This document shows, in pieces, positions 32,119 through 42,305 of a stretch of 59,644 bases of DNA. A model generated the notes under the pieces. That model was given only the letters and a program-made list of their open reading frames with translations. It did not search any database and was not told the DNA's origin. Both the position numbers and the translations under genes were made by a program. Origin of the DNA: a virus. Its lineage: Duplodnaviria; Caudoviricetes. Positions within the stretch are counted from its first letter, which is position 1. Every line of letters starts with the position of its first letter. The stretch lies in the IMG/VR virus record IMGVR_UViG_3300032095_000033, positions 1-59,644 of that record, one strand, 5' to 3'.

Positions 32119-34044
32119 ATGACCAAGGCGAAGGTTGTATCGATCGCAGAGGCGCTAAACGCCCCCGTCGACGCGCCGATCCTGGCGCAGGAGGGTGACC
32201 AGCGTCCGTTTGGCGGCCGTGACGACGATGATGATTTCGACGCGCCGCGCGTCCCGCCGGACTGCCCGGTCAAGACGCTGGGCATCGGCACGGATGGCCA
32301 GACGTGCTGGTATCTCAACATGCTGGGGCAGCTCGTCCCGCTGGGCCCGCGCGACCATGGCAAGAACAACCTGCATGCGTTGTTCGCGCCCCGGACCCAT
32401 TTGCTGGCGAAATACTGGCCACGCTGGTCAGAGCCGAAGAAGGACCGGGCGGGCAACGTCGTCAAGGAAAGCGAGATCGTCGGCTTCAAGCAGGACGATG
32501 CCAGCGAAGCGCTGATTTCCGCCTGTGGCGCGTCGGGGATCTTCGATCCGCAAGGGCGCGTGCGTGGGCGCGGCGCGCATCGGGGCGACGGGCGGGCGCT
32601 GACCATCCACTTTGGCGACAAGGTGATGGTCGCCAAGCCCGGCATGGGCGGAGTGGAGTGGCACGACACCGGCCTGATCGCGAATTACGTCTATCCGTCC
32701 GGTGGGCCGACGCCGCGCCCGCATCACGAGCCGGGCGGCGTCGGTGTCGTCGAGCAGCTGCTGGCGCTGATCAACACCTGGAACTGGCGGCGCGGGCATG
32801 TCGACGCGATCCTGGCGCTGGGCTGGCTGGCGCAGACGACGATCGCGGGCGCCATGGACTGGCGCTCGCACCTGTTCGTCACGGGTGGCGCGGGCACCGG
32901 CAAATCGTCGTGGAACGGCAAGGATGGGCTGTGCGACCGCCTGTTGGGGCGCGGCGTACTGCGCACCGGCGGTGCGACCGAGGCGGCGGTGCGCCAGAAG
33001 CTGCGTGACCAGACGATCCCGGTCATGTTCGACGAGTTCGAGCCCAACGCGTTCAACGAGCAGAAGCTGGCGGTGATCCTGGAGCTGGCGCGCATCGCCA
33101 GCTCGGGCGACGACATGCACAAGGGTGGCAGCGACCATAAGGCGGCCGAGTTCACCTTGCGCTCGTGCTTCCAGTTCTCCGCCATCCTCGTGCCGCACAT
33201 GGAGCCGCAGGACCGCAGCCGCTTCGCGATCCTGGAGATGGACCCAGTTCGCGAGGGCGCGAAGAAGCTCGACCTCGATGGCGCGAACCTGCCTCATATG
33301 GGCGCGGTGCTGGCGCGGCGGATGATCGACGGCTGGAGCCGGTGGCATGATACCTATCTGGCCTATCATGACGGGTTGATGCAGTCGGGCCACACGCGGC
33401 GATCGGCCGACACGTTCGGCACGCTGCTGGCAGCTGCCGACCTGGCGCTGTACGATCATATCCAGCTGAACGTCGTCGACGACTGGGTGGCGCAGTTCAT
33501 ACCGACCAGCATCGCGGAGATATCGGACGCGGCGGCCGACCATGATCGCTGTCTCAATCACCTCACCACGTCGACGGTGCAGGCGCGGGGTGGTGATGCG
33601 CGCGAGACGCTGTCGACCTGGTTGACCCGCGCGGTCGCCAATGAACGCACGGCGGCGGAGGCCGGGCTGGAGGCGCAGACGATCCAGATCGCCCGCACCC
33701 GCCTGGCGGAGCTGGGGCTGAAGGTGGTCAACGCCAAGCGCCTGGCGGACGATGCGAGCGGGAGGCCGCGTTTCGGGGCCGTGGAGCACATTCCCGGCCA
33801 GCCCTGCTATCTGGCGGTGGCGCAGGACCATCGGTCGCTGGGGGAGCTGTTTGCGACCACCAAGTGGAAGAGCGGCGGCTGGTCGCAGACCCTGGCCCGC
33901 TCTCCGGCAGCGATCCGTGGGGTGAAGGCCAAGTTTGCAGGCCGTTCGCTGACCGCCGTGCTGGTGCCGATCGAGCACGCCATTGACTCCTCCAGCGTCG
34001 CGGGATGGGTCGCGTGCCCGTCGATCGAGGCGATCGGCCAATGA
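32119..34044 (+). CDS. Replicative helicase-like P-loop NTPase
   Basis: Walker A GGAGTGKS, Walker B VMFDE, QDRSRF arginine finger; follows primase. Confidence 0.8.
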   Translation: MTKAKVVSIAEALNAPVDAPILAQEGDQRPFGGRDDDDDFDAPRVPPDCPVKTLGIGTDGQTCWYLNMLGQLVPLGPRDHGKNNLHALFAPRTHLLAKYWPRWSEPKKDRAGNVVKESEIVGFKQDDASEALISACGASGIFDPQGRVRGRGAHRGDGRALTIHFGDKVMVAKPGMGGVEWHDTGLIANYVYPSGGPTPRPHHEPGGVGVVEQLLALINTWNWRRGHVDAILALGWLAQTTIAGAMDWRSHLFVTGGAGTGKSSWNGKDGLCDRLLGRGVLRTGGATEAAVRQKLRDQTIPVMFDEFEPNAFNEQKLAVILELARIASSGDDMHKGGSDHKAAEFTLRSCFQFSAILVPHMEPQDRSRFAILEMDPVREGAKKLDLDGANLPHMGAVLARRMIDGWSRWHDTYLAYHDGLMQSGHTRRSADTFGTLLAAADLALYDHIQLNVVDDWVAQFIPTSIAEISDAAADHDRCLNHLTTSTVQARGGDARETLSTWLTRAVANERTAAEAGLEAQTIQIARTRLAELGLKVVNAKRLADDASGRPRFGAVEHIPGQPCYLAVAQDHRSLGELFATTKWKSGGWSQTLARSPAAIRGVKAKFAGRSLTAVLVPIEHAIDSSSVAGWVACPSIEAIGQ

Positions 34045-34216
34045 CGCGCGCGGCCAACGGAGCGCAGCGCAGTGGTGCGGCCGCGCTCATCATCACCTTT
34101 GCGCCTCGTCACGAAGACTGTGCGTCGCCTGTTTTTTACTTCGCCTCTTCTTTTTTTGTCGCCCCGACCCCGGCCCGTCGCTATCAGGGACGAATTGGGG
34201 CGGGGTGGGGCCTGCC

Positions 34217-34490
34217 CGGTTCTACGGTTCTAAGCGGGCCCGGGGGTAGAACCGCTAAACACCTGAAATATAACGGTTCTACGGTTCTGTTCCGAACCCT
34301 CACGCGTGACGCGTGCGCGGGCATGTGCGCGCATGCGCGTGTGAAGGACCACCAGAACCGTAGAACTCAGAACTCGACCTATAAAACCTATACAATCCAA
34401 TGGTTTAACGGTTCTGTACCGGTTCTCGGTTTCTCCGGCGGTTCTCGTGCTGCCACGCAAGCCATTGAACCGTCTTGGTTTTCTGGTTCT
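34217..34490. repeat. Iteron-like CGGTTCT/AGAACCG array, putative replication origin
   Basis: About ten copies in both orientations, AT-rich spacers, alternating purine-pyrimidine tract at 34301-34343. Confidence 0.65.
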
Positions 34491-35157
34491 GCGGGCAATA
34501 AACAATGGGGTGGATATTGCCTCACCGACTTCGCTGGGGCGGGTGGCGCGTATCCGGGCCTCGATAGAGGGACTGCGGCGCGAAATTTTCGGGGCCGGGC
34601 GCGGCTGGCGGCCGGTGGCGTGGGCGCGGTCGACGCCGATCGGTGCGGCGACCAGGCGGCGGGCAAGAATGGCGGATTTCCGCCGTTTTTTGAGGGCGCG
34701 GCGGGGCGTGTTGGAATGGCCGTGTCGGAACGCACCGGAAAAACCGTGGTTGGCCAGTGCTTTGCGATGCCCTGTCGTCAGCCTGCGAGGCTGTGGGCGG
34801 CGTCGGGCGGGGCGGCCTGGGCCGCGCCGTTGACCCCCCGGGGGGGTGTCGACGGCCGCCAGGGGGGTACCCCCCCCAAGCCGCGCGCCACCTTCATCCG
34901 GCCCATGGCGCAGCCGATTTTCTGGATTTCGAGCCAGTTTCAAATTCGCCGGGATGCCCAGGCGGACGTGGTGACTGGCAACGGCTGCCTTTCCTCCAGC
35001 GCCAAAACGGGGTCGGGGGTTTCGATCCTGATCCTAGCCGCGCTGACCCGGGGCGCTGAGGCCGCAAAGTCCGAATGGGCGGGAAGGGTCGGGGAGGATC
35101 GAAAGGTCCTTGGCTGGGGGCGAAGCCGAACGGCGACGCTATGGGGGGAGGTTGCCC

Positions 35158-35760
35158 GTGTCAACTGAGACCGGTGACGCGGCGATCGGCCGCGCGATCG
35201 TCGAGAGCGCACAGGACCAGTTGGCGGCCGCGCGCGAGGAAGCCGAGCAGTTGGACCTGTTGGCGCCGGTGACGGCGGAAGATATCTGGGATGCTCGCGA
35301 GGCCCTTGGCGGGGGTGCAGATCATGCCGCCGTCACCAAACTGGCGCGCACTCGCAAGCGTGGGCGGCCGCAGGGATCGCGCAACCGCCGGACCGATGAT
35401 TTCGAGCGGTACATCCTGGGCTTCGGTCAGCATCCGGCGATCACGCTGATGCAGATCCAGTCGACCGCGCCTGAAGTCCTGATGGAGGCGTCGAAGCGGC
35501 GCAAGGTCCACAGCTTCCAGAAGGACGGCACCGAGAATGTCGTCATCGAGCATATGACCTACGAGGCGGCGCAGTCGCTGCGCATCCGCTGTGCCGACAT
35601 CATGCTTCCGTACATCGAGGGCAAGAAGCCGCTGAAGGTCGATATGAGCTTCAGCGGGGTCGCGGACCTGATCATCGAGGGCGTCACGCATACCTCGAAA
35701 GAGGTCGAGGACATCGTCGACGCGGAATTCCTACCCGTCGACCAAGAGGATTGCGGCTGA
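35158..35760 (+). CDS. Putative terminase small subunit
   Basis: KRGRPQGSRNRRT motif; stop overlaps the TerL ATG. Confidence 0.6.
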   Translation: MSTETGDAAIGRAIVESAQDQLAAAREEAEQLDLLAPVTAEDIWDAREALGGGADHAAVTKLARTRKRGRPQGSRNRRTDDFERYILGFGQHPAITLMQIQSTAPEVLMEASKRRKVHSFQKDGTENVVIEHMTYEAAQSLRIRCADIMLPYIEGKKPLKVDMSFSGVADLIIEGVTHTSKEVEDIVDAEFLPVDQEDCG

Positions 35761-37328
35761 TGGGCATGGCCGTCCGCCGGATGAAATCCCCCGGGCCGAT
35801 CGCGGATGCGTTCGTGCGCGACCCGGCGTTCATTGTCGGGATCATCGGGCCGGTGGGCTCGGGCAAAACCATGGCCGCGCTGCAGAAGGGGCTACGCCTG
35901 GCGGCGCGTCAGCTGGGCACCGTGCGCCCCGACGGTGTCATCGTGCGCAAGGCGCGGATCGGTGTCATTCGCGAAAGCTATCCGAGCCTGCAGTCGACAA
36001 CGTTGAAGTCCTGGTTCCGCATCGTGCCGGAGGAGGAGGGCACGTTCAGCTGGAAAGCCCCCTACACCCACAAGTTCACCAAGATCCTGAAGCGAGACGG
36101 CAACCGCAAGGACGGCCGGGTCCTCGAAATCCTGGAATGCGAATTCGAGTTCCGCGCGATCGGTGACCTGTCGGTGGAAGAGGCGTGTCGTGGCTGGGAG
36201 GTCAACGCCGTCATCATCGACGAGGCCGACTTGCAGCCGCCCAGCCTAGTCCCGTTTCTGACCGGCCGCGTCGGGCGGTTCAGCGACCTGGACCCGTCGC
36301 TGGTCGTCGACCCGCAAATCATCCTGTCGCTCAACATGCCCGACATCGACAACCATATCTATCACCTGCTGATGGACGAAAGTTCCGATGTCCTGGGGCT
36401 GACGGACGAAGAAGCGGAAATCCTGCGGTCGACGCTGGGGGATCGCAAGCTGATCGAGAAGTTCGTCCAGCCGGGCGGACGCGAACCCGATGCCGAGAAC
36501 CTGCACAACCTGCCGGGCGGGCGGGGGTATTACGTCCTGCAGGTCGCGGCGAACCGCAACACGCCTGGCTATGTCGAACGCATGGTCGACAACAAGCCGG
36601 TGCCGATCCAGCACGGCCAGCCGGTCAATGCGGGTTTCATCTACACCACGCATGTCCGGCCGGTGGAGTGGGACCCGCGCCGCAAGCTGATCGTCGGTGT
36701 CGACCAGGGCCTGTTCGCGGCGGCCGTGTGCCTGCAGCGCAACTGGGATGGGGCGATCCGCACGCTGGCGGAATGCGTGATTACGATCCGCGACGAAAAG
36801 GGGAAGGTCAAACTCGACAAGGTGGGTCCCACCTTCTTTGGCGAGAAGCTGAAGCAAACGCTGATCGAGAACTTCCCGGGCATCACTGATGACATGGTCC
36901 GGGTTGTTGCCGACCCTGCCGCCTTTGCGGCGAAGGATCGCAAGGACAATGAACATGACTGGCTGCTGGCGTTCCAGAAGGCGCTAGGCCTGAAGGTCCA
37001 CAAGGCGAAGACCAACAGCGCGGGTCTGCGCAACCAGGCCATCTGGGACGCACAGGGGCGGATCGGCGGCTATGCGGTCGATCCCGGGTGCCGCCACCTG
37101 ATCAAGGGGCATTCGGGCGGATATCGCTATGCCAAGGCCGAGATCGGCACGGGCGAGATCCGGTCCAGCCCCGAGATCGCCGACACGATCTACACCCATG
37201 TTTGCGATGCCGAGCAATACGCCGCCCTGGAGGGTGAGCATGTGATCAGCGACCTGCGCGGCCGCGATCGGAAGGTCCGCGGGGTCACCGTCAAAAGCGA
37301 TTTCAACGAGCATGAAGGAGTTGGGTGA
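35760..37328 (+). CDS. Terminase large subunit
   Basis: GPVGSGKT Walker A, IIDEAD Walker B, VGVDQG, ADPA, HVCDAEQY nuclease motifs. Confidence 0.9.
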   Translation: MGMAVRRMKSPGPIADAFVRDPAFIVGIIGPVGSGKTMAALQKGLRLAARQLGTVRPDGVIVRKARIGVIRESYPSLQSTTLKSWFRIVPEEEGTFSWKAPYTHKFTKILKRDGNRKDGRVLEILECEFEFRAIGDLSVEEACRGWEVNAVIIDEADLQPPSLVPFLTGRVGRFSDLDPSLVVDPQIILSLNMPDIDNHIYHLLMDESSDVLGLTDEEAEILRSTLGDRKLIEKFVQPGGREPDAENLHNLPGGRGYYVLQVAANRNTPGYVERMVDNKPVPIQHGQPVNAGFIYTTHVRPVEWDPRRKLIVGVDQGLFAAAVCLQRNWDGAIRTLAECVITIRDEKGKVKLDKVGPTFFGEKLKQTLIENFPGITDDMVRVVADPAAFAAKDRKDNEHDWLLAFQKALGLKVHKAKTNSAGLRNQAIWDAQGRIGGYAVDPGCRHLIKGHSGGYRYAKAEIGTGEIRSSPEIADTIYTHVCDAEQYAALEGEHVISDLRGRDRKVRGVTVKSDFNEHEGVG

Positions 37329-37565
37329 ATGGCCCTGCTGAACCCCATCGGCAAACTGATTTCCGCGCCGCTGAAGGCGCTGGGGATCGTATCGACGCCC
37401 GGCAAGCCGCCAACTCCGCTGCGTCCCGTCACACGCGACGACGCAGCGGCCGCCATCGCGTCGGACGACGAATTGCGGCGCCGCCAGGGCGCGGCGGCCG
37501 ACATCATCACCGGCACGGGGGGCGCCGAGGCCCCGTTGACCGGTGGCAAGCTAACTCTCGGGTAA
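37329..37565 (+). CDS. Small virion-associated protein
   Basis: RRRQGAAADIITG...KLTLG, typical of pre-portal podophage genes. Confidence 0.65.
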   Translation: MALLNPIGKLISAPLKALGIVSTPGKPPTPLRPVTRDDAAAAIASDDELRRRQGAAADIITGTGGAEAPLTGGKLTLG

Positions 37566-37578
37566 GGAAGGGAAGACG

Positions 37579-38466
37579 ATGGAAAAATATCGCAAAAAGC
37601 CGATCGTTATTTCGGCGGTGCAGTTCGACGGCATCGAACGGGTCGACGATCAGGCTACGCCAATGTTCGAGGGCCGATTTGACGATCTTCCTGACTGGCT
37701 GGTTGAGGCCATGGCGAAGAAGGAAGATGATCCGGGCGCGTTGTTTGTATTCGGTGATGGGCTGACGATTGTCACGCTGGAGGGGCCACACCGCGCGGAT
37801 CCCAAGGATTGGATCATTCGAGGTGTTGCGGGTGAGCTCTACCCCTGCAAGCCCGATATTTTTGCGCAGACCTACGACCCGGCCGACGCCACCATGGCAT
37901 CCAACCACGGCAATGAGGATGCGCTTCTCGTGGACCTGAATAACCAGGTCGCGGCGCTGAAGGCGGCCCAGACTGGGTTGAAAGACGAGCTGGTCCAGCA
38001 ACGGGAACGCGCCGATGCGGCCGAGCTGGCGCGTGACGAAGCGACCGGACGTGCGGAGGCGGCCGAAAAGGAGGGCCGGGCGGCGCAGGGGCAGCTGCGC
38101 CAGCTGGGCAAGCCGACCAAGCCGCGCACGTTCGGGGCGATGCCGGATAACAAGATCCTGACCGGCGATGCGCTGCGCAAGGCGATCGCCGATGCCGAGG
38201 ACGTCGAGATCGTGTTCTCGGACGGCAAGCGGGAGGTGGGTGTCCCGCCGATCGCGGTCGAGGGCGCGGCGTGGAAGGAGCATGCGTTCGGGCTGCTGCT
38301 CGATCGGCCGGTCGATATCGTCGGGCCGGACGGCATCGGTAGCACGTCGATCGCGGGCTATGCGCTGCTGCTCGACGGCAAGCAGGTCGCCTGGCGGGAA
38401 CGGTCGATGCCGCTGCAGATCGCGCCGGGCCAGCGCATCCAGATCGCGGACGATATCCTGTTCTGA
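37579..38466 (+). CDS. PGDYG-like domain fused to coiled coil and C-terminal domain
   Basis: YRKKPIVISAVQF, TLEG, DWIIRGVAGELYPCKPDIFAQTY. Confidence 0.7.
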   Translation: MEKYRKKPIVISAVQFDGIERVDDQATPMFEGRFDDLPDWLVEAMAKKEDDPGALFVFGDGLTIVTLEGPHRADPKDWIIRGVAGELYPCKPDIFAQTYDPADATMASNHGNEDALLVDLNNQVAALKAAQTGLKDELVQQRERADAAELARDEATGRAEAAEKEGRAAQGQLRQLGKPTKPRTFGAMPDNKILTGDALRKAIADAEDVEIVFSDGKREVGVPPIAVEGAAWKEHAFGLLLDRPVDIVGPDGIGSTSIAGYALLLDGKQVAWRERSMPLQIAPGQRIQIADDILF

Positions 38467-38472
38467 TCATCC

Positions 38473-38503
38473 GGGGCCTGCCCGGGTGGCGGGCCCCATT
38501 TTT
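38473..38503 (+). terminator. Rho-independent terminator-like hairpin
   Basis: GGGGCCTGCC-CGGGT-GGCGGGCCCC-ATTTTT. Confidence 0.5.
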
Positions 38504-38515
38504 CTGGGGGCGGTG

Positions 38516-40186
38516 ATGGCCGACGACAAGCTGCAAGACGACGAGCTGGTGCGCGAGCACCTGCGCAACCATGACCGCCTGGTCGCCCTGCGGGCGCCCT
38601 GGGAAAGCCTGTGGCGGGAAATCGACGAGCGGGTCAGCCCGATGAACGCGGGCACGATCGGCGGGCCGACGGGCAGCGCCGGGCGGACCAGCCGCGCGGG
38701 GACCGTGAAGGGCGGGCACAATTTCGATACGACCGCGGTCAAGAGCCTGGGGCGGTTCGCCGCGGCGATGGCGGCGATTACCGTGCCGCGCAATACCCAG
38801 TATATCCGGTTGCGCTTTCGCGACGCCGACCTGCAGAAGCTGCCGGAGGTGCAGCGCTGGTGCGAGCGGACGGCCGACCGTCTGCACGCGATCCGCTATG
38901 CCGCGCACGCCGGTTTCGGGGTGCAGTCATCGAAGGATTTCCGCCAGCTCGGGCGCTATGGCACCGCGCCGTTCCTGACCGAGGAACGGAAGGGCGTGGG
39001 CCTGTATTACCGCGCCTTGCCGCTGGCGGAATGTTACATCGACGAGGATTTCAGCGGGCGGGTGGATACGGTGCATCGCCGTTACACGCTGAACGCGCGC
39101 CAGTGCGAACAGCAGTTCGGTGCAGCTGCGTTGACCCCGAAAATGGCGGAGGCGGTCGAGAAGCGGACCTATGACCGCGAATTCGAGATCCTGAACATCG
39201 TCTGCCCCAATGCGGACATGCGGGCCGATCGGTTCGACTGGCAGGGCAAGCCCATCGCCAGCGTGCACATCGCGATCGACGAAAAGATCATCATGCGCCG
39301 GTCCGGGTATCATTCGATGCCGATCAGCGTGTCGCGTCACCAGTCCGAGGCGGGCGAGATCTATGGGACGTCCCCAGCCATGGAAGTCCTGCCCGCGATC
39401 CGGGGCGTGAACGTCATGAAGCGAACGGTGCTGCGCGCCGCGCACAAGTCGGTCGACCCGGCGCTGATCTTCTTCAACGATGACGGCATCACCTCGCTGA
39501 ACACCACGCCCGGGTCGGCCAACCCTGGTCTGGTGAGCGAACAGGGTGATCCGCTGGTCCACGCGATGCCTAGCGCGTCGAACCTGCCCGTCGGGCTGGA
39601 GATGATCGAGCAGGAGCGCGGCGATATCCGGTCCGCGTTCATGGAAGAGTTCTTCAAGATCCTGACCGATCCGGGCGACCGTATGACCGCGACCCAGGTG
39701 CTGGAGATGGTCGGCAAGCAGGGCGTGCTGGTCGCGCCCTATGCGGGGCAATACGAAACCGAGAAACAGAACCCGGTGACGCAGCGTGACCTGGACCTGG
39801 CGATGCGCGCGGGCCAGGTCGAGCCGTTCCCCGACGTCGTGCTGGAGGCGGGGGCCTATCCCCTGATCGAGTATGAAAACCCGCTGACGCGCATGGCGCG
39901 GGCGGAAGAGGCGACCGGCCTGACGCGGTGGTTCGAGGCGCTGACGCCGATGGCGCAGGTCGATCCGGGCGTGTTCGACTATATCGACACCGACGCGGCC
40001 GCCCCCGGGCTGGGTGAGGTCCTGGGTGTGCGGCCGAGCTGGATCGCGACGGCGGACAAGGTCGCGGCCAAGCGCAAGGCGCGGGAGGATGCGCAGATGG
40101 CGCAGGCCGGACCGGGTGCGCTGGGCGATGTGGCGGGCGCGTATCTCGACGTCGCCAAGGCCAATCAGATTTCGGAGGCGGCATGA
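38516..40186 (+). CDS. Portal (head-tail connector), T7/BPP-1 type
   Basis: FDTTA, YGTA, GEIYGTSPA, MTATQV, IEYENPL motifs. Confidence 0.9.
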   Translation: MADDKLQDDELVREHLRNHDRLVALRAPWESLWREIDERVSPMNAGTIGGPTGSAGRTSRAGTVKGGHNFDTTAVKSLGRFAAAMAAITVPRNTQYIRLRFRDADLQKLPEVQRWCERTADRLHAIRYAAHAGFGVQSSKDFRQLGRYGTAPFLTEERKGVGLYYRALPLAECYIDEDFSGRVDTVHRRYTLNARQCEQQFGAAALTPKMAEAVEKRTYDREFEILNIVCPNADMRADRFDWQGKPIASVHIAIDEKIIMRRSGYHSMPISVSRHQSEAGEIYGTSPAMEVLPAIRGVNVMKRTVLRAAHKSVDPALIFFNDDGITSLNTTPGSANPGLVSEQGDPLVHAMPSASNLPVGLEMIEQERGDIRSAFMEEFFKILTDPGDRMTATQVLEMVGKQGVLVAPYAGQYETEKQNPVTQRDLDLAMRAGQVEPFPDVVLEAGAYPLIEYENPLTRMARAEEATGLTRWFEALTPMAQVDPGVFDYIDTDAAAPGLGEVLGVRPSWIATADKVAAKRKAREDAQMAQAGPGALGDVAGAYLDVAKANQISEAA

Positions 40187-40461
40187 TGGCGGTCGGTCAA
40201 GTCGTTCCCAAAAGTGGGAACAGGATCGACGCCATGGCGCGGGAGGTGCGGCGCGGCCTATTGTTCGAGGCGGCCGCGAACGCGATCGGGGCGGGCAAGC
40301 TGGCGGCCGGGATGGGCGTCGGGCGGCGGTGCGTCAATCACAAGATCGCCTGCGACCGGTCGCTGACCGATGCGGACCTGATCGCGGCGGCCGATACGCT
40401 GGAGGCGCGGGCGGCGACGCTGGTGCAGCTGGCGGCGCATCTTCGCGAGGTGTCGGCATGA
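40183..40461 (+). CDS. Hypothetical protein, possible HTH
   Basis: Coupled at both ends; GKLAAGMGVGRRCVN. Confidence 0.55.
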   Translation: MMAVGQVVPKSGNRIDAMAREVRRGLLFEAAANAIGAGKLAAGMGVGRRCVNHKIACDRSLTDADLIAAADTLEARAATLVQLAAHLREVSA

Positions 40462-40859
40462 ACGCCCGGGTGCGCAACGCGATGCGGCGATCGGCGATGC
40501 AGACCGCGCGCAATTTCAAAGCGACGTTCCAGCCCGCCGCGATCCTGAACGTCCGGCACCAGCTGGCAGCGGCGATCGTGCTGCTGGTCGTATTCCTTAC
40601 CGGTGGGCGGGAGGCGTGGCGGCGGTGGCTGTACCGCATCGTCTTCACCGAAGGCGGCACGCGGCGGATGGCGGCGCGGGCGGTGCTGGCGGACCTGCGC
40701 GATTTCACCTTCGCGCGATCGTCCGCCTTCGACCCCGATCCGATCATCATGGCGCGGCGGCAGGGGCGGCGCGACGTGTGGTTGCGGATCGCGAACTACC
40801 TCAACCTGGACGAGGCGGAAGTCCAGCAATTGATCATCATGGAGCAGGACGATGAGTGA
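40458..40859 (+). CDS. Bbp19-like protein
   Basis: VLADLRDF...FDPDPIIMARRQGRRDVWLRI. Confidence 0.7.
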   Translation: MNARVRNAMRRSAMQTARNFKATFQPAAILNVRHQLAAAIVLLVVFLTGGREAWRRWLYRIVFTEGGTRRMAARAVLADLRDFTFARSSAFDPDPIIMARRQGRRDVWLRIANYLNLDEAEVQQLIIMEQDDE

Positions 40860-41781
40860 CGGGGCGGATTTCGGTGGTGCGGCGGACCTGATCGGTGGTG
40901 CCGCGACCGGTGGTGATAGCGGGACGGCGGGCGCTGTGCCGGATGGTGGCGCCGGTGGCGCAGCGGCCGGTCCAGCGGACGGTGGGCAAGGCGGCGATGG
41001 CGGCGCGGCACCGGACTGGTTCGCCAATGTCTCCGACAAGCTGGGGGAAGGCGAGACGGCATCCAATCGCGACTGGCTGGGATCGCTGGGCATCAAGGAC
41101 CTGGACGGCCTGGTGAAGGTCGCGCGCGACAACCAGCGGGCGGTGCGGGAAAGTGGCCGCGTGAAGGTGCCGGGGGAAGGTGCCCAGCCCGACGAGGTGA
41201 CCGCGTTCCACCGGGCGATCGGTGTGCCGGAGAAAGCCGAGGGCTATGAGATCAAGGGGCCCGAGGGCGTCCAGCTGAACGACGCGGTGCTAAGCCAGTT
41301 GGCAGAGGCGGGTGTTAAGTACGGCGTGCCGAAGGGCGCGTTTCAGGGCCTGGTGAACGATTTCATCCAGATCCAGATGGCGGACGCGGACGCGGAAAGG
41401 CAGCGGCAGGACGGTTTGGCGTCGGAGTGGGTCAAGGCGCAGGGCGGCAAGGCGGACGAACAGATCGCGCATGTCAACAGCGCCGTCCGCGCGCTGGGGC
41501 TGACGAAGGCCGACATGGCGGGCCTACGCACCGGCATGGGGGCCGACCGCGCGCTGGGGCTGCTGGCGAAGCTGGGGGCGGGCATGGCGGAAGACGTCAT
41601 GATCACCGGGGGTAGCAATCGGTTCGGTGTATCGGGTGCCGAGGCCCAGACCGAGCTGAACCGCCTGAAGTCGGACGGTGATTTCATGGCCAAGGCGATG
41701 AAGGAGGGGACGCCGGAGCGGCAGCGGTGGGACCGGCTGAACAAGCAGGCGGCGGAATATCAGGCGTCGAAGGCGGCGTGA
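40852..41781 (+). CDS. Capsid scaffolding / assembly protein
   Basis: Gly/Ala-rich N-terminus, GVPEKAEGY motif, position between portal and capsid. Confidence 0.75.
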   Translation: MSDGADFGGAADLIGGAATGGDSGTAGAVPDGGAGGAAAGPADGGQGGDGGAAPDWFANVSDKLGEGETASNRDWLGSLGIKDLDGLVKVARDNQRAVRESGRVKVPGEGAQPDEVTAFHRAIGVPEKAEGYEIKGPEGVQLNDAVLSQLAEAGVKYGVPKGAFQGLVNDFIQIQMADADAERQRQDGLASEWVKAQGGKADEQIAHVNSAVRALGLTKADMAGLRTGMGADRALGLLAKLGAGMAEDVMITGGSNRFGVSGAEAQTELNRLKSDGDFMAKAMKEGTPERQRWDRLNKQAAEYQASKAA

Positions 41782-41981
41782 CGGTTGACGGATAGCATCG
41801 TGCCGCCATCTTTAAGCCACGCCCCTCCAGACAGGAAGGAAGCCCCGGCGGTCCATGCCGGGGCTTCCTGTCGGGGCACTAGGCGTGATGTCGGTCGGCG
41901 CGCCTAGCGAGAGTCCCGATGCATCCATTTTGGAGGTTTCGCGATTTTGCGTCAATGCCGGCTGCTGAACAGGCAGTGATT

Positions 41982-42305
41982 ATGAACGCGAAAATCAACG
42001 GTAAAACTGTTCTTTTGAACGAAGCAATTTCATTCCGCGAAGGGGAGGTTCTTGAATTTTCAGGACGTTTTCCTCTCCGGGTAACCCATGATCCGCAGCC
42101 GGGCGCTAAGTTATCCCTCTCGTCTGATGGATCGACCTTCACGCTTTCGGTTGGTGGCCTAACGCCCGAGCGCCATTCCCAATTTTCCAATGGAAGCGGC
42201 CATCTGGCAGATCGCACGCCGTTCAATTGGCTCGTGCGAGCGGACCTGATCGATAACGATCACCCTAAAATTTATTCGTTGCTTTTCACCGTTTCTGAAA
42301 AGTGA
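41982..42305 (+). CDS. Hypothetical protein (low-GC moron)
   Basis: AT-richer ORF between scaffold and capsid; start uncertain. Confidence 0.5.
   Translation: MNAKINGKTVLLNEAISFREGEVLEFSGRFPLRVTHDPQPGAKLSLSSDGSTFTLSVGGLTPERHSQFSNGSGHLADRTPFNWLVRADLIDNDHPKIYSLLFTVSEK

Noticed and set aside
34411-34425. GTTC-N7-GTTC LexA-like box
   Set aside because: Arises from adjacent CGGTTCT iterons; no gene start nearby
34217-34490. CRISPR array
   Set aside because: Repeats are 7-15 nt, irregularly spaced and in both orientations; no cas genes
34005-35168. 387-aa ORF and antisense ORFs across the origin region
   Set aside because: Translation of repeats and homopolymers, no recognisable motifs; likely non-coding
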